From assembly GCA_963811105.1 (NCBI GenBank), contig CAWEPZ010000011.1:544001-608000 (forward strand): 64,000 bases of DNA, read 5' to 3'. The stretch comes from Candidatus Bathyarchaeota archaeon (GTDB lineage: Archaea > Thermoproteota > Bathyarchaeia > Bathyarchaeales > Bathycorpusculaceae). Shown in pieces: positions 19,136 to 29,897 of this stretch (position 1 is the first letter of the stretch; every line of letters begins with the position of its first letter). The notes under the pieces are model-generated. The model saw only the letters and a list, made by a program, of their open reading frames with translations. It was not told where the DNA came from and did no database searches. The translations under genes and the position numbers were made by a program.

Positions 19136-19420
19136 TTATTCTTTGAAAGTTTCTATTTGTTCTAAGAAATAAACTTCTGGCTTTCCTATTACTCCTGCTT
19201 TCTCCATAATTTCGCGCAAATCTGCTGATTCCGTAAACTTTCTGGCGTTGTCGAGTGTATCCCACTCAAGGATGACCACGATCTCGTATGGGTTCTGCGA
19301 ATTGCGATAGAGGCTACCGCCTTTCGACCCGCTCTTTTTCCGCGTCGACCCATGTTTGTCGAACAGAGGTTTCCACTTCGCGTAGTCCTTGACAGTCTGC
19401 TTGACTAAAATAAAGGGCAT
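19136..19420 (-). CDS. ABM/cyclase-like dimeric alpha+beta barrel protein
   Basis: VKDYAKWKPLFD..RN..NPYEIVVILEWD..AGVIGKPEVYFL. Confidence 0.85.
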   Translation of the reverse strand: MPFILVKQTVKDYAKWKPLFDKHGSTRKKSGSKGGSLYRNSQNPYEIVVILEWDTLDNARKFTESADLREIMEKAGVIGKPEVYFLEQIETFKE

Positions 19421-19536
19421 ATAGATCTCCTATAATCAATGTCTTAGAGCGCGGATATAATGTTTTGTGACTCATGATAGCGATAACGTGGGGTAAAAGA
19501 TTTGAACGCCCGCTCTAACCTCAATCCATTGAGCGC

Positions 19537-19932
19537 TTATTTCATTGCGTATACTTTAAAGCTGGTTACGTTAGTCATCAGATTGGCTGTTCCTTCAGCC
19601 CAGCCTTTTGCAGAGTTTAACCAGGCAAGTTTTTTTGATCCTGTCATGTAACTAATCTGTGCTTGAAAGCCTCCCTGTTTTCCTGTACCCTTGCCCTGGA
19701 ACATAACAACGTCACCTTCCTTAGTAAATTCCATTGCGTGCCAATCAAATTCATTCGAACCATCTTGCTTTAAAAGTATATCGACCGTTTCTATGTGCTT
19801 TCCTGAATACTTGCCTTTAACTTCTCCTTCGGCATTAAATTGGAATTTTGCCCCGTTTTCCGAGAATTCTTTAATGATCCTAGACGTTGCTTTCTCAGTT
19901 ATTTCAAATAACAATTCACCTTTTTCCATCAA
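19537..19932 (-). CDS. Hypothetical beta-rich protein
   Basis: 131-aa ORF with protein-like composition, ..KLAWLN.. Confidence 0.7.
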   Translation of the reverse strand: MMEKGELLFEITEKATSRIIKEFSENGAKFQFNAEGEVKGKYSGKHIETVDILLKQDGSNEFDWHAMEFTKEGDVVMFQGKGTGKQGGFQAQISYMTGSKKLAWLNSAKGWAEGTANLMTNVTSFKVYAMK

Positions 19933-20182
19933 AATACCTCGAAGACGTTTACCAATTCAAATTATTATCTTTATGTGATTAAAAGATGAACAAACAAATT
20001 TTGCGGAAGTCATCTTGTATAAGACATTACGTCACAATTTGAGTTCAACGTGCATTATGGTCCTACGGGATCTATTGCAAGCCTTCAACCGCTTTTGTTG
20101 CAGGTGAACTTGAAAGGGGTCGTTTAAGACATTAAGCGAATCCGATGGCGGGCCCGCTGCGCGCGCTGCCAATCGATCGCCT

Positions 20183-20914
20183 TCATTTCCATTTTGTAAG
20201 TATCTCTTCCCTGCTGAAAGTGGCTTTGCTCAAAAAATAAAGCGTCACATCGATAGTCAGCACAACCGCCGAGAAAATCAGAAGGTTACCGATGCTAAAC
20301 GAAAAGATTCCCTGCGCTCCCAAAAAGAAGATGACAACAAACGGGATAAACATGAGTCCCGCAATCTGGTTTGCGCCTCGAACGTCACTTACCCGCGATG
20401 ATGCAATCACTGCCACTTCAATGCTGAGGACTGCCGCAAGGGGAGCGAGAAGCAACAGCATAATGCCTGCGTTCCAATTTGGAAAATAATAGTAGCCCAA
20501 TCCTGCATTGAGCAAGATGTAGTCTGTTGCCGCCATAAAAATTGATGCTGCTACCCAAATGGAAGCAATGGGCAGTACGAAGGATGCGATACCTTTTCCG
20601 AGAAGAATCTCACCGTCAGTTGTTGGCGTCGCAAGCAACGGCTCCAGCGTCTTCTCTATTTTCTCGCCCACTATGCTGTACGCTGCAATCGTGCTGGGAA
20701 GTACAGTGGCTAAAATAATGAAGAGGTAAATAATCGATTCTGTGCCAAGCGAAATTGACCCTGGGATTCCATGGGCTGTTAGATTCTTGACCTCAAGCGA
20801 GAAAGCAACCGCAATGAGTAGAGGAAGCCCGATATTATAGAAGATGATGCTTCTTTTTCTGCTGATTACCTTCAACTCTTTACGAGCTATCTTCCACGGT
20901 ATCCAGCTCGTCAT
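20183..20914 (-). CDS. ABC-2 type permease
   Basis: IARKELK, AAYSIVGEKIEKTLEPLLATP..ILLGK. Confidence 0.9.
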   Translation of the reverse strand: MTSWIPWKIARKELKVISRKRSIIFYNIGLPLLIAVAFSLEVKNLTAHGIPGSISLGTESIIYLFIILATVLPSTIAAYSIVGEKIEKTLEPLLATPTTDGEILLGKGIASFVLPIASIWVAASIFMAATDYILLNAGLGYYYFPNWNAGIMLLLLAPLAAVLSIEVAVIASSRVSDVRGANQIAGLMFIPFVVIFFLGAQGIFSFSIGNLLIFSAVVLTIDVTLYFLSKATFSREEILTKWK

Positions 20915-21837
20915 TGTGCGTTCTCCCTCACAAGTTTCATGTAAGCTTCTTCCAGTGAACTGCTGGTCACAGTGACTGTTTCAATGCGTCCTCCAGCTGA
21001 GACAACTGCGTCGACAATGTCAGGATTCTCCTCCCCAGGATCCAAAACATCAAAAGTCAACTTGTTATCCTTTCTAACTAGATTCTTCACCTTTAATTTC
21101 TTGAGGGAATCCAAAACCGCTTCGCTCACCTGTCTCATCTCAATCACTGTTTTCCTTCCATGAACAGATTGTTCGAGTTCTTCGGGCGTACCCAAAGCCA
21201 TCAGCTTTGTGTTCAAGATAGCAATCCTATCACAGATTCTTTGCGCTTCCTCGAGGTTGTGTGTGTTGAGGAAAATAGTCTTCTTCTCCTTCTTCAGTTG
21301 GAGAATGAATTCCCTGACGGATTTTGAAGCTTCGGGATCGAGATTTGCAGTCGGTTCATCCATGAAAACTATTTTTGGGTCATGGATCATAGAGCGTGCT
21401 ATGGCAAGCTTCTGCTTCATTCCCTTGGAAAAAGTTCCCACCAGGACGTTTCTCTTCTCCCAGAGGTCAAGCAACTTGAGGAAGTACTCGTTGCTCTCTT
21501 TTCGCTGGGAATCAGTCCGCTTGTAGAGTGTTCCGTAGTAATCCAAGTTCTCATAGGCAGTGAGGGACTCGTAGAGTCCCACGTTGTCCGGAACGAGACC
21601 TATTATCTTCCTGATTTTCAGAGCGGTTTCTTCGTTGCCGATCTCGTAACCACCAATTTTGGCTTTGCCGCTTGTCTTGGATATCAGGCAGCATAGCATT
21701 CTGATAGTGGTTGTCTTTCCTGCGCCATTAGGTCCAAGAAGTCCAAAGACTTCGCCCTCGTCTACTCTTAGGGTTAAATTGTCAACGGCAGTCAGGTCCC
21801 CGAACTTTCTTGTAAGATTCTCAGTTTCAATCATCAT
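20911..21837 (-). CDS. ABC transporter ATP-binding protein
   Basis: GPNGAGKTT, FSKGMKQK, FMDEPT, TH. Confidence 0.95.
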   Translation of the reverse strand: MMIETENLTRKFGDLTAVDNLTLRVDEGEVFGLLGPNGAGKTTTIRMLCCLISKTSGKAKIGGYEIGNEETALKIRKIIGLVPDNVGLYESLTAYENLDYYGTLYKRTDSQRKESNEYFLKLLDLWEKRNVLVGTFSKGMKQKLAIARSMIHDPKIVFMDEPTANLDPEASKSVREFILQLKKEKKTIFLNTHNLEEAQRICDRIAILNTKLMALGTPEELEQSVHGRKTVIEMRQVSEAVLDSLKKLKVKNLVRKDNKLTFDVLDPGEENPDIVDAVVSAGGRIETVTVTSSSLEEAYMKLVRENAQ

Positions 21838-22421
21838 CGATCAGCCTTATTGAGCCTCATTCTCCTTTTTTACTAGAAAAACTCCATCAGCATTTGAAAT
21901 ATCATGTGTCACAGCCTGCTCCACATAAACAATCTTCAAAAATCACCAAAAAAACAAACGTTAACCAACTAATAAAGTTGTTTTGGTTAATGCCTCATAG
22001 AAACTTGGTGCTTTTGTTTGCTAATCGAGATGTTTCCTCAAAACGCACGCTTATACAGTTTTAGTTTAAATTAAGAATATTTGGAATTAGCTCGCGCGCT
22101 CCTTAACTGCTTGCCTTATTTGTTCTAAAACAGTTTGAACGCTCTTCTGAGGCTTGCCTTCCAAGTATTATCTCATTACCCTCCTTGCAGAGCGCATATA
22201 ATGTTGTAATTTATGGCCAATATAGCAAAATAACCTCAAATTTAGGTTATTTGGTGCCGAGGGCTAGATTGACACCGTCGTTTGAGCCGTCGTTATAACA
22301 TTATCTAAAAACACGAGTAGGTCGTACCGGGCTTAACCCGTAATCAGACTGTGTGAAAACTATGTTAGGTTTTCGATAGAATGATAGTTTTATATGTATA
22401 ATTGAGTGATATTAGCTATAT

Positions 22422-22607
22422 ATGCCTAAGAAAATAGTTTTTGAGCCAGCAACAGAAATCAAAGTCACCGGAATAATAGGCTTCCTAAAAAGAAAAGTAA
22501 CAGCCTACGGAACAGGCGCCAAAGTCACCTGCCCAAAAGAATACCTCGGCAAAACAGTCTACATAGTCATAGTAGATGAACCTGCCGAAGGAGACGAACA
22601 GCAATGA
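22422..22607 (+). CDS. DUF2080-like transposon-associated small protein
   Basis: KRKVTAYGTGAKVTCPKEYLGKTVYIVI; ATGA overlap with the transposase. Confidence 0.85.
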   Translation: MPKKIVFEPATEIKVTGIIGFLKRKVTAYGTGAKVTCPKEYLGKTVYIVIVDEPAEGDEQQ

Positions 22608-24067
22608 GCGAACACGTTGACGGAACACACCGAGACCAAACCATACTCTTCCCAGACACCCTCGACAAATACGTTGATGCAGAAAACCCAGTCAGGTTCA
22701 TTGACGCCTTCATAGACAGCCTCAATCTAGAGAAGCTCGGCTTCAAACACTCAATTCTTGCTGACACAGGAAGACCATCTTACAATCCTTCAGACCTTCT
22801 AAAACTCTACACATATGGCTATCTGAACCAGATCCGGTCCAGCAGAAAATTTGAAAGAGAATGCTACCGCAACGTCGAGGTAATGTGGTTAATGAAGAAG
22901 CTCGCTCCAGACCACAAAACCATTGCCGACTTCAGAAAAGACAACGTCGACTGTATAAAGCCTGTATTCAAAGAATTCGTCTACCTATGCCGATCACTCG
23001 ACCTCTATGGTGCTCAGCTCATTGCCATAGATGGCAGCAAATTCAAGGCTGTAAACTCGAAGAGCAACAATTTCAACGAGAACACAGTTGCGTTGAGACT
23101 TAAACGGACCGAGGAGAAGATAGCAGAATACCTCAGGCTGATGGATGAGAATGACAAAGCCGACTCAGGCAAAAATGATAGCCTCAAAGTCAATGACCTT
23201 AAAGAAAGGATAGGCCGGCTTGAAGAGAAAAAGCAGCAGTACGAGCATGCTCAGAACCAGATGAAGGCGACAGGGCAGAAGGAGGTTTCGCTTGTGGATC
23301 CAGATAGCCGTTTGATGCGAGTCGACAGCCAAAGGCTGGATGTTTGCTATAATGTCCAAACGTCTGTGGATGCCAAGAAGCATCTCATTGTGGATTATGA
23401 CGTGATAAACAATTCAACTGATCACCATCAATTAGTCAACGATGCTAAAGCAGCAAAGCAGACTCTTGGAGTTGAAAGATTGGAGGTAACGACCGACAAA
23501 GGGTTCTATGTTATGAAGGATTTGAAAGATTGTGAGGCTGAAGGCATAACTGTGTTTATGCCCATTCCTGCAGTTGTGAATCCGCATAAGCGTTTTGGGG
23601 TGCCGGAGCCTGGATTCTATACTGACAGGTTCGTGTATGACTCGGTTAGGGACGTTTATGTTTGTCCTGCTGGTGAGGATCTGGGGTTTTGGAAGTGCCT
23701 TCATAAGGGTAAACCGGAGCGAGGCAGAGTTTACAAGACGCTTTGTTGCGAGGTGTGTGGTTTTAGGAGCAAGTGCACTAGGAATAAGCGTGGCAGGATT
23801 ATTTTTAGGGGGGAATTCGAGGACGCTGTTGAACGGCTCAGATCACGGTTGGGAACTTCTGAGGGAAAAGAGAAGTTGCACCGTAGAAGGGAGATAGTGG
23901 AGCATCCTTTTGGATCCATGAAGCGGGCTTTCAATCAGGGTTATTTGCTCTTGAAGGGGCTTAGGAAGGTTAAAGGAGAGGTTGGGTTTACGATGTTGGC
24001 TTACAACATGCGAAGGGCTATCAACATTCTTGGGGTTGGCGTGTTAATGGCTTTAGTAAAAGCATGA
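22604..24067 (+). CDS. IS1182-family transposase
   Basis: GRPSYNP..SSRKFEREC..PDHKTIADFRK; IDGSKF; DPDSR; DKGFY; YVCPAG; RREIVEHPFGSMK; AYNMRR. Confidence 0.95.
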   Translation: MSEHVDGTHRDQTILFPDTLDKYVDAENPVRFIDAFIDSLNLEKLGFKHSILADTGRPSYNPSDLLKLYTYGYLNQIRSSRKFERECYRNVEVMWLMKKLAPDHKTIADFRKDNVDCIKPVFKEFVYLCRSLDLYGAQLIAIDGSKFKAVNSKSNNFNENTVALRLKRTEEKIAEYLRLMDENDKADSGKNDSLKVNDLKERIGRLEEKKQQYEHAQNQMKATGQKEVSLVDPDSRLMRVDSQRLDVCYNVQTSVDAKKHLIVDYDVINNSTDHHQLVNDAKAAKQTLGVERLEVTTDKGFYVMKDLKDCEAEGITVFMPIPAVVNPHKRFGVPEPGFYTDRFVYDSVRDVYVCPAGEDLGFWKCLHKGKPERGRVYKTLCCEVCGFRSKCTRNKRGRIIFRGEFEDAVERLRSRLGTSEGKEKLHRRREIVEHPFGSMKRAFNQGYLLLKGLRKVKGEVGFTMLAYNMRRAINILGVGVLMALVKA

Positions 24068-24383
24068 AAAAAGGCAAGACGAAAGCAACTATCAATTACA
24101 GACGAGTTTGAAGGTCAAGTATAATTCTTTCTAATCCTAAGTTTTTACACAGTCTGTAATCGGTATGAGTCCCTAAATTGAACTTTGAATAAGACTAATC
24201 TTTTCGATTTTTGACCAAATGTAGGTGCCCCTCCCCATACCCAAAAGTGTTTAAAACATTTTATTAACACTTGACTTCTGATTTTTCTTCAGGAGCTGAG
24301 TGAGGATCCTATCCCCATTTTACCACTAAAAAGACGCTCACATGAATTATTTTGGGCTCTACGGTGCGTCGCTTGTACTGTTT

Positions 24384-24569
24384 TTAAGTCTTTTTCTTGC
24401 TTGGCTTATAAAGAATTCTGGCAATAGGCAATACCACTCCAAAGACGGGTAATACGAGCGCATCTTGGATGCCTTTTGCAAAAAAAAAGACGATGCCCAA
24501 AACTATTAGTACGGTTCCAAACGCAAGGAGTCTCCCCTTATTTGTCTGATAATATTTACTCGGATCCAA
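24384..24569 (-). CDS. Small 2-TM protein
   Basis: 61 aa, preceded by GGAGGTGG RBS. Confidence 0.6.
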   Translation of the reverse strand: MDPSKYYQTNKGRLLAFGTVLIVLGIVFFFAKGIQDALVLPVFGVVLPIARILYKPSKKKT

Positions 24570-25034
24570 TGTTCCACCTCCACCCTCTTCGCTTCCAACT
24601 TTGCTACTTCCACTTTGGCCCGTGCTGCCTTGTTCCGATATTTACGGCTGAAAGATTACGGGTTAGTTAGCTAAACTTTTAATCTTTTGCGCTGGCGATG
24701 CAGTTTCAGGTTTTTGAGCACCTTTGCCACCTACAGTGACTTTGGTAGACGAGAAGACTCAGTATTTTTTTCTCATTTCTTTCTATTCCATCTGCGGTTA
24801 CCAGGGGGTCCTATAAGAAAATAACCTATCAACATGATAACAATAGTTACAACGACAATTATCACAACTGCTACTTCAGACGTTACGCTCACCTCCATTT
24901 TTAGTATCTAAGTCTAAATATTTCTGCAATGACGAAAAGTGTGATACATTAATGATTTTTTTGCCATTCATTTCTTTCATTTACAGCGACCTCTCATGAA
25001 TTGTGCTTTTCACTTCTCCACAGATAAAGAGTCT

Positions 25035-25778
25035 TTACTTCCATTTTGTTAGTATTTCATCCCTTCGGAAAGTTGCTGTACTAACATAGAACAGCGCCAC
25101 ATCAACCGCTAAGAGAATGCCCGAAATTATGAGCAAGCCGTTTACGTCAAGAGTTATTACGCTTGTCTCGCTGAGAAGGTATATACCCAGTAGGGGGAAG
25201 AGAATAAAAATTCCAAAACTGTTAGCGCTGCGCACATCATTAACTCGCGATGAAACAATGACGCTGAACAGAACACTCAAAACAATGGCGACTGGCATCA
25301 GAACCAGGAGCAAAGTGGCAATGTTCCAGTTTGGAAAATAATAGTAGCCAAGCGTACTGAAAGTAACCACATCAATACCCACCATGAAAACAGCTGCAGC
25401 CGCATACATTGCTATTAAAGTCGGAATAACTGCGGAAATGGCTTTTCCAAGCAAAATTTCTCCATCATTAAGGGGCGTAGATAGAAGCGGTTCCAAACTC
25501 TTCTCCACTTTCTCCCCCACAATACTGTAGGAGGCAATCCCTAAGGGAACGTACGCTGCTCCAATAACTAAAAAGAAGGAAAAAGAGTTAAGCAAATTTG
25601 GAAGCACACTAGGCGCTGCGAGTCCAGGGCTCCCCCTTAATGCTAAATACTCCAGTATCACCGGAAACAGGACCGAGATGACAACGGGAAAGATGATGAT
25701 TGAAGTCCAGACGTTTTTTACCCGCCTAAATATCTTGAAGTCCCTAGCTGCTACAATCCACGCCTTTGAAAGTCGCAT
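25035..25778 (-). CDS. ABC-2 type permease, paralog of 20183..20914
   Basis: SYSIVGEKVEKSLEPLLSTP; both end in ..EILTKWK. Confidence 0.9.
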   Translation of the reverse strand: MRLSKAWIVAARDFKIFRRVKNVWTSIIIFPVVISVLFPVILEYLALRGSPGLAAPSVLPNLLNSFSFFLVIGAAYVPLGIASYSIVGEKVEKSLEPLLSTPLNDGEILLGKAISAVIPTLIAMYAAAAVFMVGIDVVTFSTLGYYYFPNWNIATLLLVLMPVAIVLSVLFSVIVSSRVNDVRSANSFGIFILFPLLGIYLLSETSVITLDVNGLLIISGILLAVDVALFYVSTATFRRDEILTKWK

Positions 25779-25780
25779 AT

Positions 25781-26699
25781 TTATTTCCTCACAAGTTTTA
25801 GGTAGGTATCTTCCAAAGTTGAGCCCACTACATTGATTGATTTGACATGACCGCCTGCCAGCACTACAGCCCCTACGGCAGGCGAATTTTCCTTGTCTGG
25901 GTCTTCCACACTAAATGTTACTTTGTCACCGTCGATGGACAGGTTTTTGAGCGGAAGTTTTTTCAGTGCTCCCAAAACGGCATCGTTTATTTGTTGTTCC
26001 AATCCGATAACTGTCTTCTTGCCGCTAACGGACCTTTCAAGTTCCTGCGGAGTGCCTATTGCCCTAAGGCTCGTATTCATTATTGCTACCCTGTCGCAGA
26101 TTTTCTGCGCCTCGTCGAGGTTGTGGGTGTTTAGAAAGATTGTCTTTTTCTCTTTTTTTAGTTGAAGAATGAAATCTCGCACTGTTTTTGCAGCCTCAGG
26201 ATCTAGATTTGCTGTAGGCTCGTCCATGAAAAGTACTTGCGGGTCATGAATTAGGGCCCGGGCTATGGCGAGTTTTTGTTTCATCCCCTTCGAGAAAGTT
26301 CCTGCTAAAACGTTTCTCTTATCCCAAAGCCCTAACATCTCAAGGAAACGCTGGACGTTCTCTTTCCTATGAGCCGCGGTGCAATCACATATTTTTCCGT
26401 AAAAGTCTAGGTTATCGTATGCTGTTAGATGTTCAGATAACCCAACGTTATCTGGAACTAGCCCAATGATTTTTTCTAATTTTTAAATCGTCTGCCTTGT
26501 TGCCTATTTCATATCCGCTTATTGTTGCTGTTCCGCTTGTTTTAGAAATTAGACAGCAAAGCATCCTTACAGTTGTTGTTTTTCCTGCGCCATTGGGTCC
26601 GAGGAAGCCAAAAACTTCGCCATCGTCAACATGAAGGGTAAGGTTGTCTACGGCTGTTAGATCTCCGAATTTTTTTGTGAGGTTTTCTGTGTCAATCAA
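25781..26699 (-). pseudogene. ABC ATPase with a single frameshift near 26470, paralog of 20911..21837
   Basis: The Walker A part (26448..26699) joins the signature/Walker B part if one base is removed from the T6 run at 26470..26475. Confidence 0.85.
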
Positions 26700-26871
26700 T
26701 TAGAAATCACCTTTGGCAGATTATTCGGATGTCTTATTATGTCTGGGGTGAATGCTTGTATTTAAGGCTAAATGTTATAAATAGGTTCAAGGCAAATTTG
26801 GACCCCAAAATTTTTAATGTTGCTGAGGAGTCAATGAAATTAAGCACTTATTTGTTGGCGAGGCAAAATTT

Positions 26872-27135
26872 TTGACAACTTCTATTGTTGAATGTCCGCA
26901 TTGCCATTATAGGTTCAATTACGAGTTTATTCCCGGAGCGTCTTTTGCCGCTATACGTCTTGGTCCGAAAAGAATATTCAAATGTCCTAACTGCAAGGAG
27001 CTTCATAACGTTAGAATTTCTCATTTCGGAACAGACCCATCGCTTCCGACTCATGGCGATAACTCTGAAACGTCAATAGGCGGTAAAATATGGGCATTGC
27101 TACTTGGTTCATTAAATTCTTCCTTTTTATTTTAG
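26872..27135 (+). CDS. Zinc-ribbon protein, possibly truncated
   Basis: CPHC..AIRLG..FKCPNC. Confidence 0.6.
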   Translation: MTTSIVECPHCHYRFNYEFIPGASFAAIRLGPKRIFKCPNCKELHNVRISHFGTDPSLPTHGDNSETSIGGKIWALLLGSLNSSFLF

Positions 27136-27189
27136 CGAGCTTTGAAGCCAAAACAACTTTAAGTTTCTTGTCTTGATAATTATCTATTA

Positions 27190-27546
27190 GTGGTCATCTT
27201 GGTTAACGCTCAAAATAGTTGCAATGCTGAAGCGGCTCAGAAAATTCTCCGTCAAATTCCCTATGCTCAGGGCTTCCACTTCTTTATGCCAGACGGCCAT
27301 TATTCAGGTGAAACAGCAATGTCCCTTGGTTCATTCTTAAGAGATTTGGGAAGCATTGATGAACAATCGATAAAATTCCACTTTGATCGCGGTGACTATC
27401 AGAAGTGGTTAAGAACGACAGTCGGCGATGAGGAACTCGCCCTAACAATTGACAAATTGGACAAAAATATTCCAGAAGAAAATCTCCGAGAAAAGTTGGC
27501 GGACATAGTGCAAAAAAGAATTTCAGAATTGCAGTCAACGCATTAA
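27190..27546 (+). CDS. DUF5752-like protein
   Basis: GFHFF..TAMSL..SIKFHFDRGDYQKWL..GDEELA. Confidence 0.8.
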   Translation: MVILVNAQNSCNAEAAQKILRQIPYAQGFHFFMPDGHYSGETAMSLGSFLRDLGSIDEQSIKFHFDRGDYQKWLRTTVGDEELALTIDKLDKNIPEENLREKLADIVQKRISELQSTH

Positions 27547-27548
27547 AT

Positions 27549-28913
27549 TATCTTGGTTGCTTTGCTGGTTTACCTACTGCGGGTCTTCGCCATATTCTTG
27601 CACCCGACAATTCCAGCATTAGTTTTGCTTCGAATACTGATTTGGCTCGGCATTGGATTGTTGCTTTACGCGTTACTGTTAATCGTGATTGGACCTGGGA
27701 TGGTTTAGCATCAACTGGCGTTTCTGTGGTTCGTCAGGGAGTCGGTGAGGTAGGACGAATTGAGCCTCGTTTCACAATTAATTCTGATGCTCTCATTCAT
27801 CCAGATCGAAATGGAACCGATCTAATCTTTTTTGATATTGTTGATCCTAAGCCAGCGCCTGGTGGTTTTCCAGCGGAATTGACCTTGAATTACACTTTGA
27901 CTGCAAAGTTTGTTTCTCCGCCTGCGCAGTCTGATCCTCCGCTTACCGTGAGTGTCTTGCTGCCTGTGACTACACCGCCCGCTCAAGTCCCGCGTTTAGT
28001 ATCGGCGGGAATAGCCTTATCACCTTATGTGCGTTCTGCCGATTATTCTAGTACCAATGAGCGTCGCCGTGTGCTTTGGCTTGAATTTGACCGCCCCTTA
28101 GATAATCCTAGAGATCTTTACTTCTGTCGTGTTCTTGCTTATGCTCCGGATCCTCTGCTTATGAGTGGGCTGAACGATCAGAATGAGACTGCTGAACCTC
28201 CATTGCCAGTTGACCCTGAGCCCATTCGCAGTGTCGTGCCTGGTCAGTCTGACGATCGTGCAGGTTTCACCGCTATGCAGCCGTTGATATCTTCGGATTC
28301 TCCTGTACACTATATGGTGCCGCTTCCGCCGGGTTTGCCTGAGGATGCACCTGAAATGTTTGGCTTCTTTACGTATGAGTTTCGTGTGGGTCATAATCAG
28401 GGTTGGAGTACTGCACAAGGTCGTTTTGGATCTGCATTACGTGTCACGGGCGTGCAGCATCCTGCGCCGCTGCTAACTTGTATGATTGTGCAAAGTAAGG
28501 CTGGTATTGTGGCTAGTGCTCCGTATGCCAATCCAGTTAAGGATGGTCGTAGTGTGCGTCGTTTTCCGCCAGCAACAGAAATTTATGTGATGCTCTACGC
28601 TCAGGTTCGTCAAAGCGACAATTTAGACTTTCGAAATGTGCTTTTGAGTAATAAGCGTGCGCAGTTTCGTGGAAAACCGCTTGAAGATCGTTTTGCGCCT
28701 GATGCGTTTTATGCTGATGCCACTTGGTCTGCGGCTGAGATTAAGATGATGCTCATTGCCTTAACGTTGGATCCTGATACTCCTCTTAGCTGTTTGGCTG
28801 TGGAGACATTGCCTAATGGATTGCCGATTTCTGATCCGCTTGGTGCTGGTCTAGGTCAGGAACGTTTTCTGCGTACGTCGGCGTTGGTTCCTGTTCCAGC
28901 AATTTGCACTTAA
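27549..28913 (+). pseudogene. 3' fragment of a large Pro-rich foreign hypothetical gene
   Basis: Frame is open upstream of the TTG at 27642 with no promoter or RBS; distinct T-ending codon style. Confidence 0.6.
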
Positions 28914-29607
28914 CCAGACGATGTCCTTCTGAAGAGTTAGATAGTGACATTGCAGTTTTCATTGGTCGCGTTGTTCTTAGGTTATTTAAACTGTAGTGGC
29001 CAGTGGATACTGTTAAGTTAAGTTACCTTACAGGCTTATGATTATAATCAGGGCTGCGGTTTTGGTGTTTCCTGGTGCTGGAAAATTATTAATAGTATGA
29101 AAGTCTACTATAAAATAGCAAAATATCCATGCGTTTTACGCATCTTCATATCCTTTTTAGATACTAAAAAAAACCGACACGTGTCGGAAACACACTCCTG
29201 CCTGATTGTGAAAATCTGACAGGGACTCTATGGCATTCTCTCTTTTCAAGGTCAAATTGAATAGATAATAGAAAAATAAGCAAAATTCATTGAGATTGAA
29301 AATCCAACAATAATTAATTAGCTTCAATTATTAAACATAATCGCAAGTGTAAAAAAAGTGAGATTTAATTTTGTATCTCAAAACCTAATTCCAGAGCTAT
29401 ATGTCTTGGAAGATAAGTGGTCTTCAGACATTTTCACCAGTAAGAATATTTTACTTTCATACCATTATTGTTTTTTGCAAAAACTGTTCTTTTGTCCAAA
29501 GACACTTGTGAGAACGCTTAACAAGGATACAAATCAATCTCACTTATCAAGCCCCCCCTTATTGTATAAATCGTGCGCACAACAGGCGCATATTTAACAA
29601 CTTTAAT

Positions 29608-29897
29608 TCATTTTGATTTACTCAAGCAATATTGCCAAGTTTGACAATTTCTACCAAAATAAGTAGACCTTCGTCTACCGGATTCAAATGACAAAACTAA
29701 CTTATCAAAGGTAGATGATGATGGCGTGTTTTTTTCACCCTCATCATCAACTACTAATCCTAAGCGAGATGTTTTCATCCGTACATAAGTGAAGGTTTTG
29801 CCCAGAATCTTTGCAATAGAACGCATAGACTTTTTTCTGTTAACAGTGGTCGAAGTAGCTTTTCATCTTCAAATGTCTAAGGTTTACCCTTCGCCAT
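29608..29897 (-). pseudogene. Decayed HTH-like, MGE-associated protein
   Basis: MAKGKP*TFEDEKLLR..(fs)SMRSIAKILGKT..VRMKTSRLGL. Confidence 0.55.

Larger units (their letters stand above)
22345..24156 (+). mobile_element. Intact IS1182-family element with two ORFs
   Basis: 17-bp IRs cagactgtgtgaaaact / agtttttacacagtctg (1 mismatch); 4-bp TSD taat at 22341..22344 and 24157..24160. Confidence 0.95.

Noticed and set aside
29174-29187. Perfect 14-bp palindrome ccgacacgtgtcgg
   Set aside because: Isolated, with no second copy or adjacent intact gene to give it meaning.
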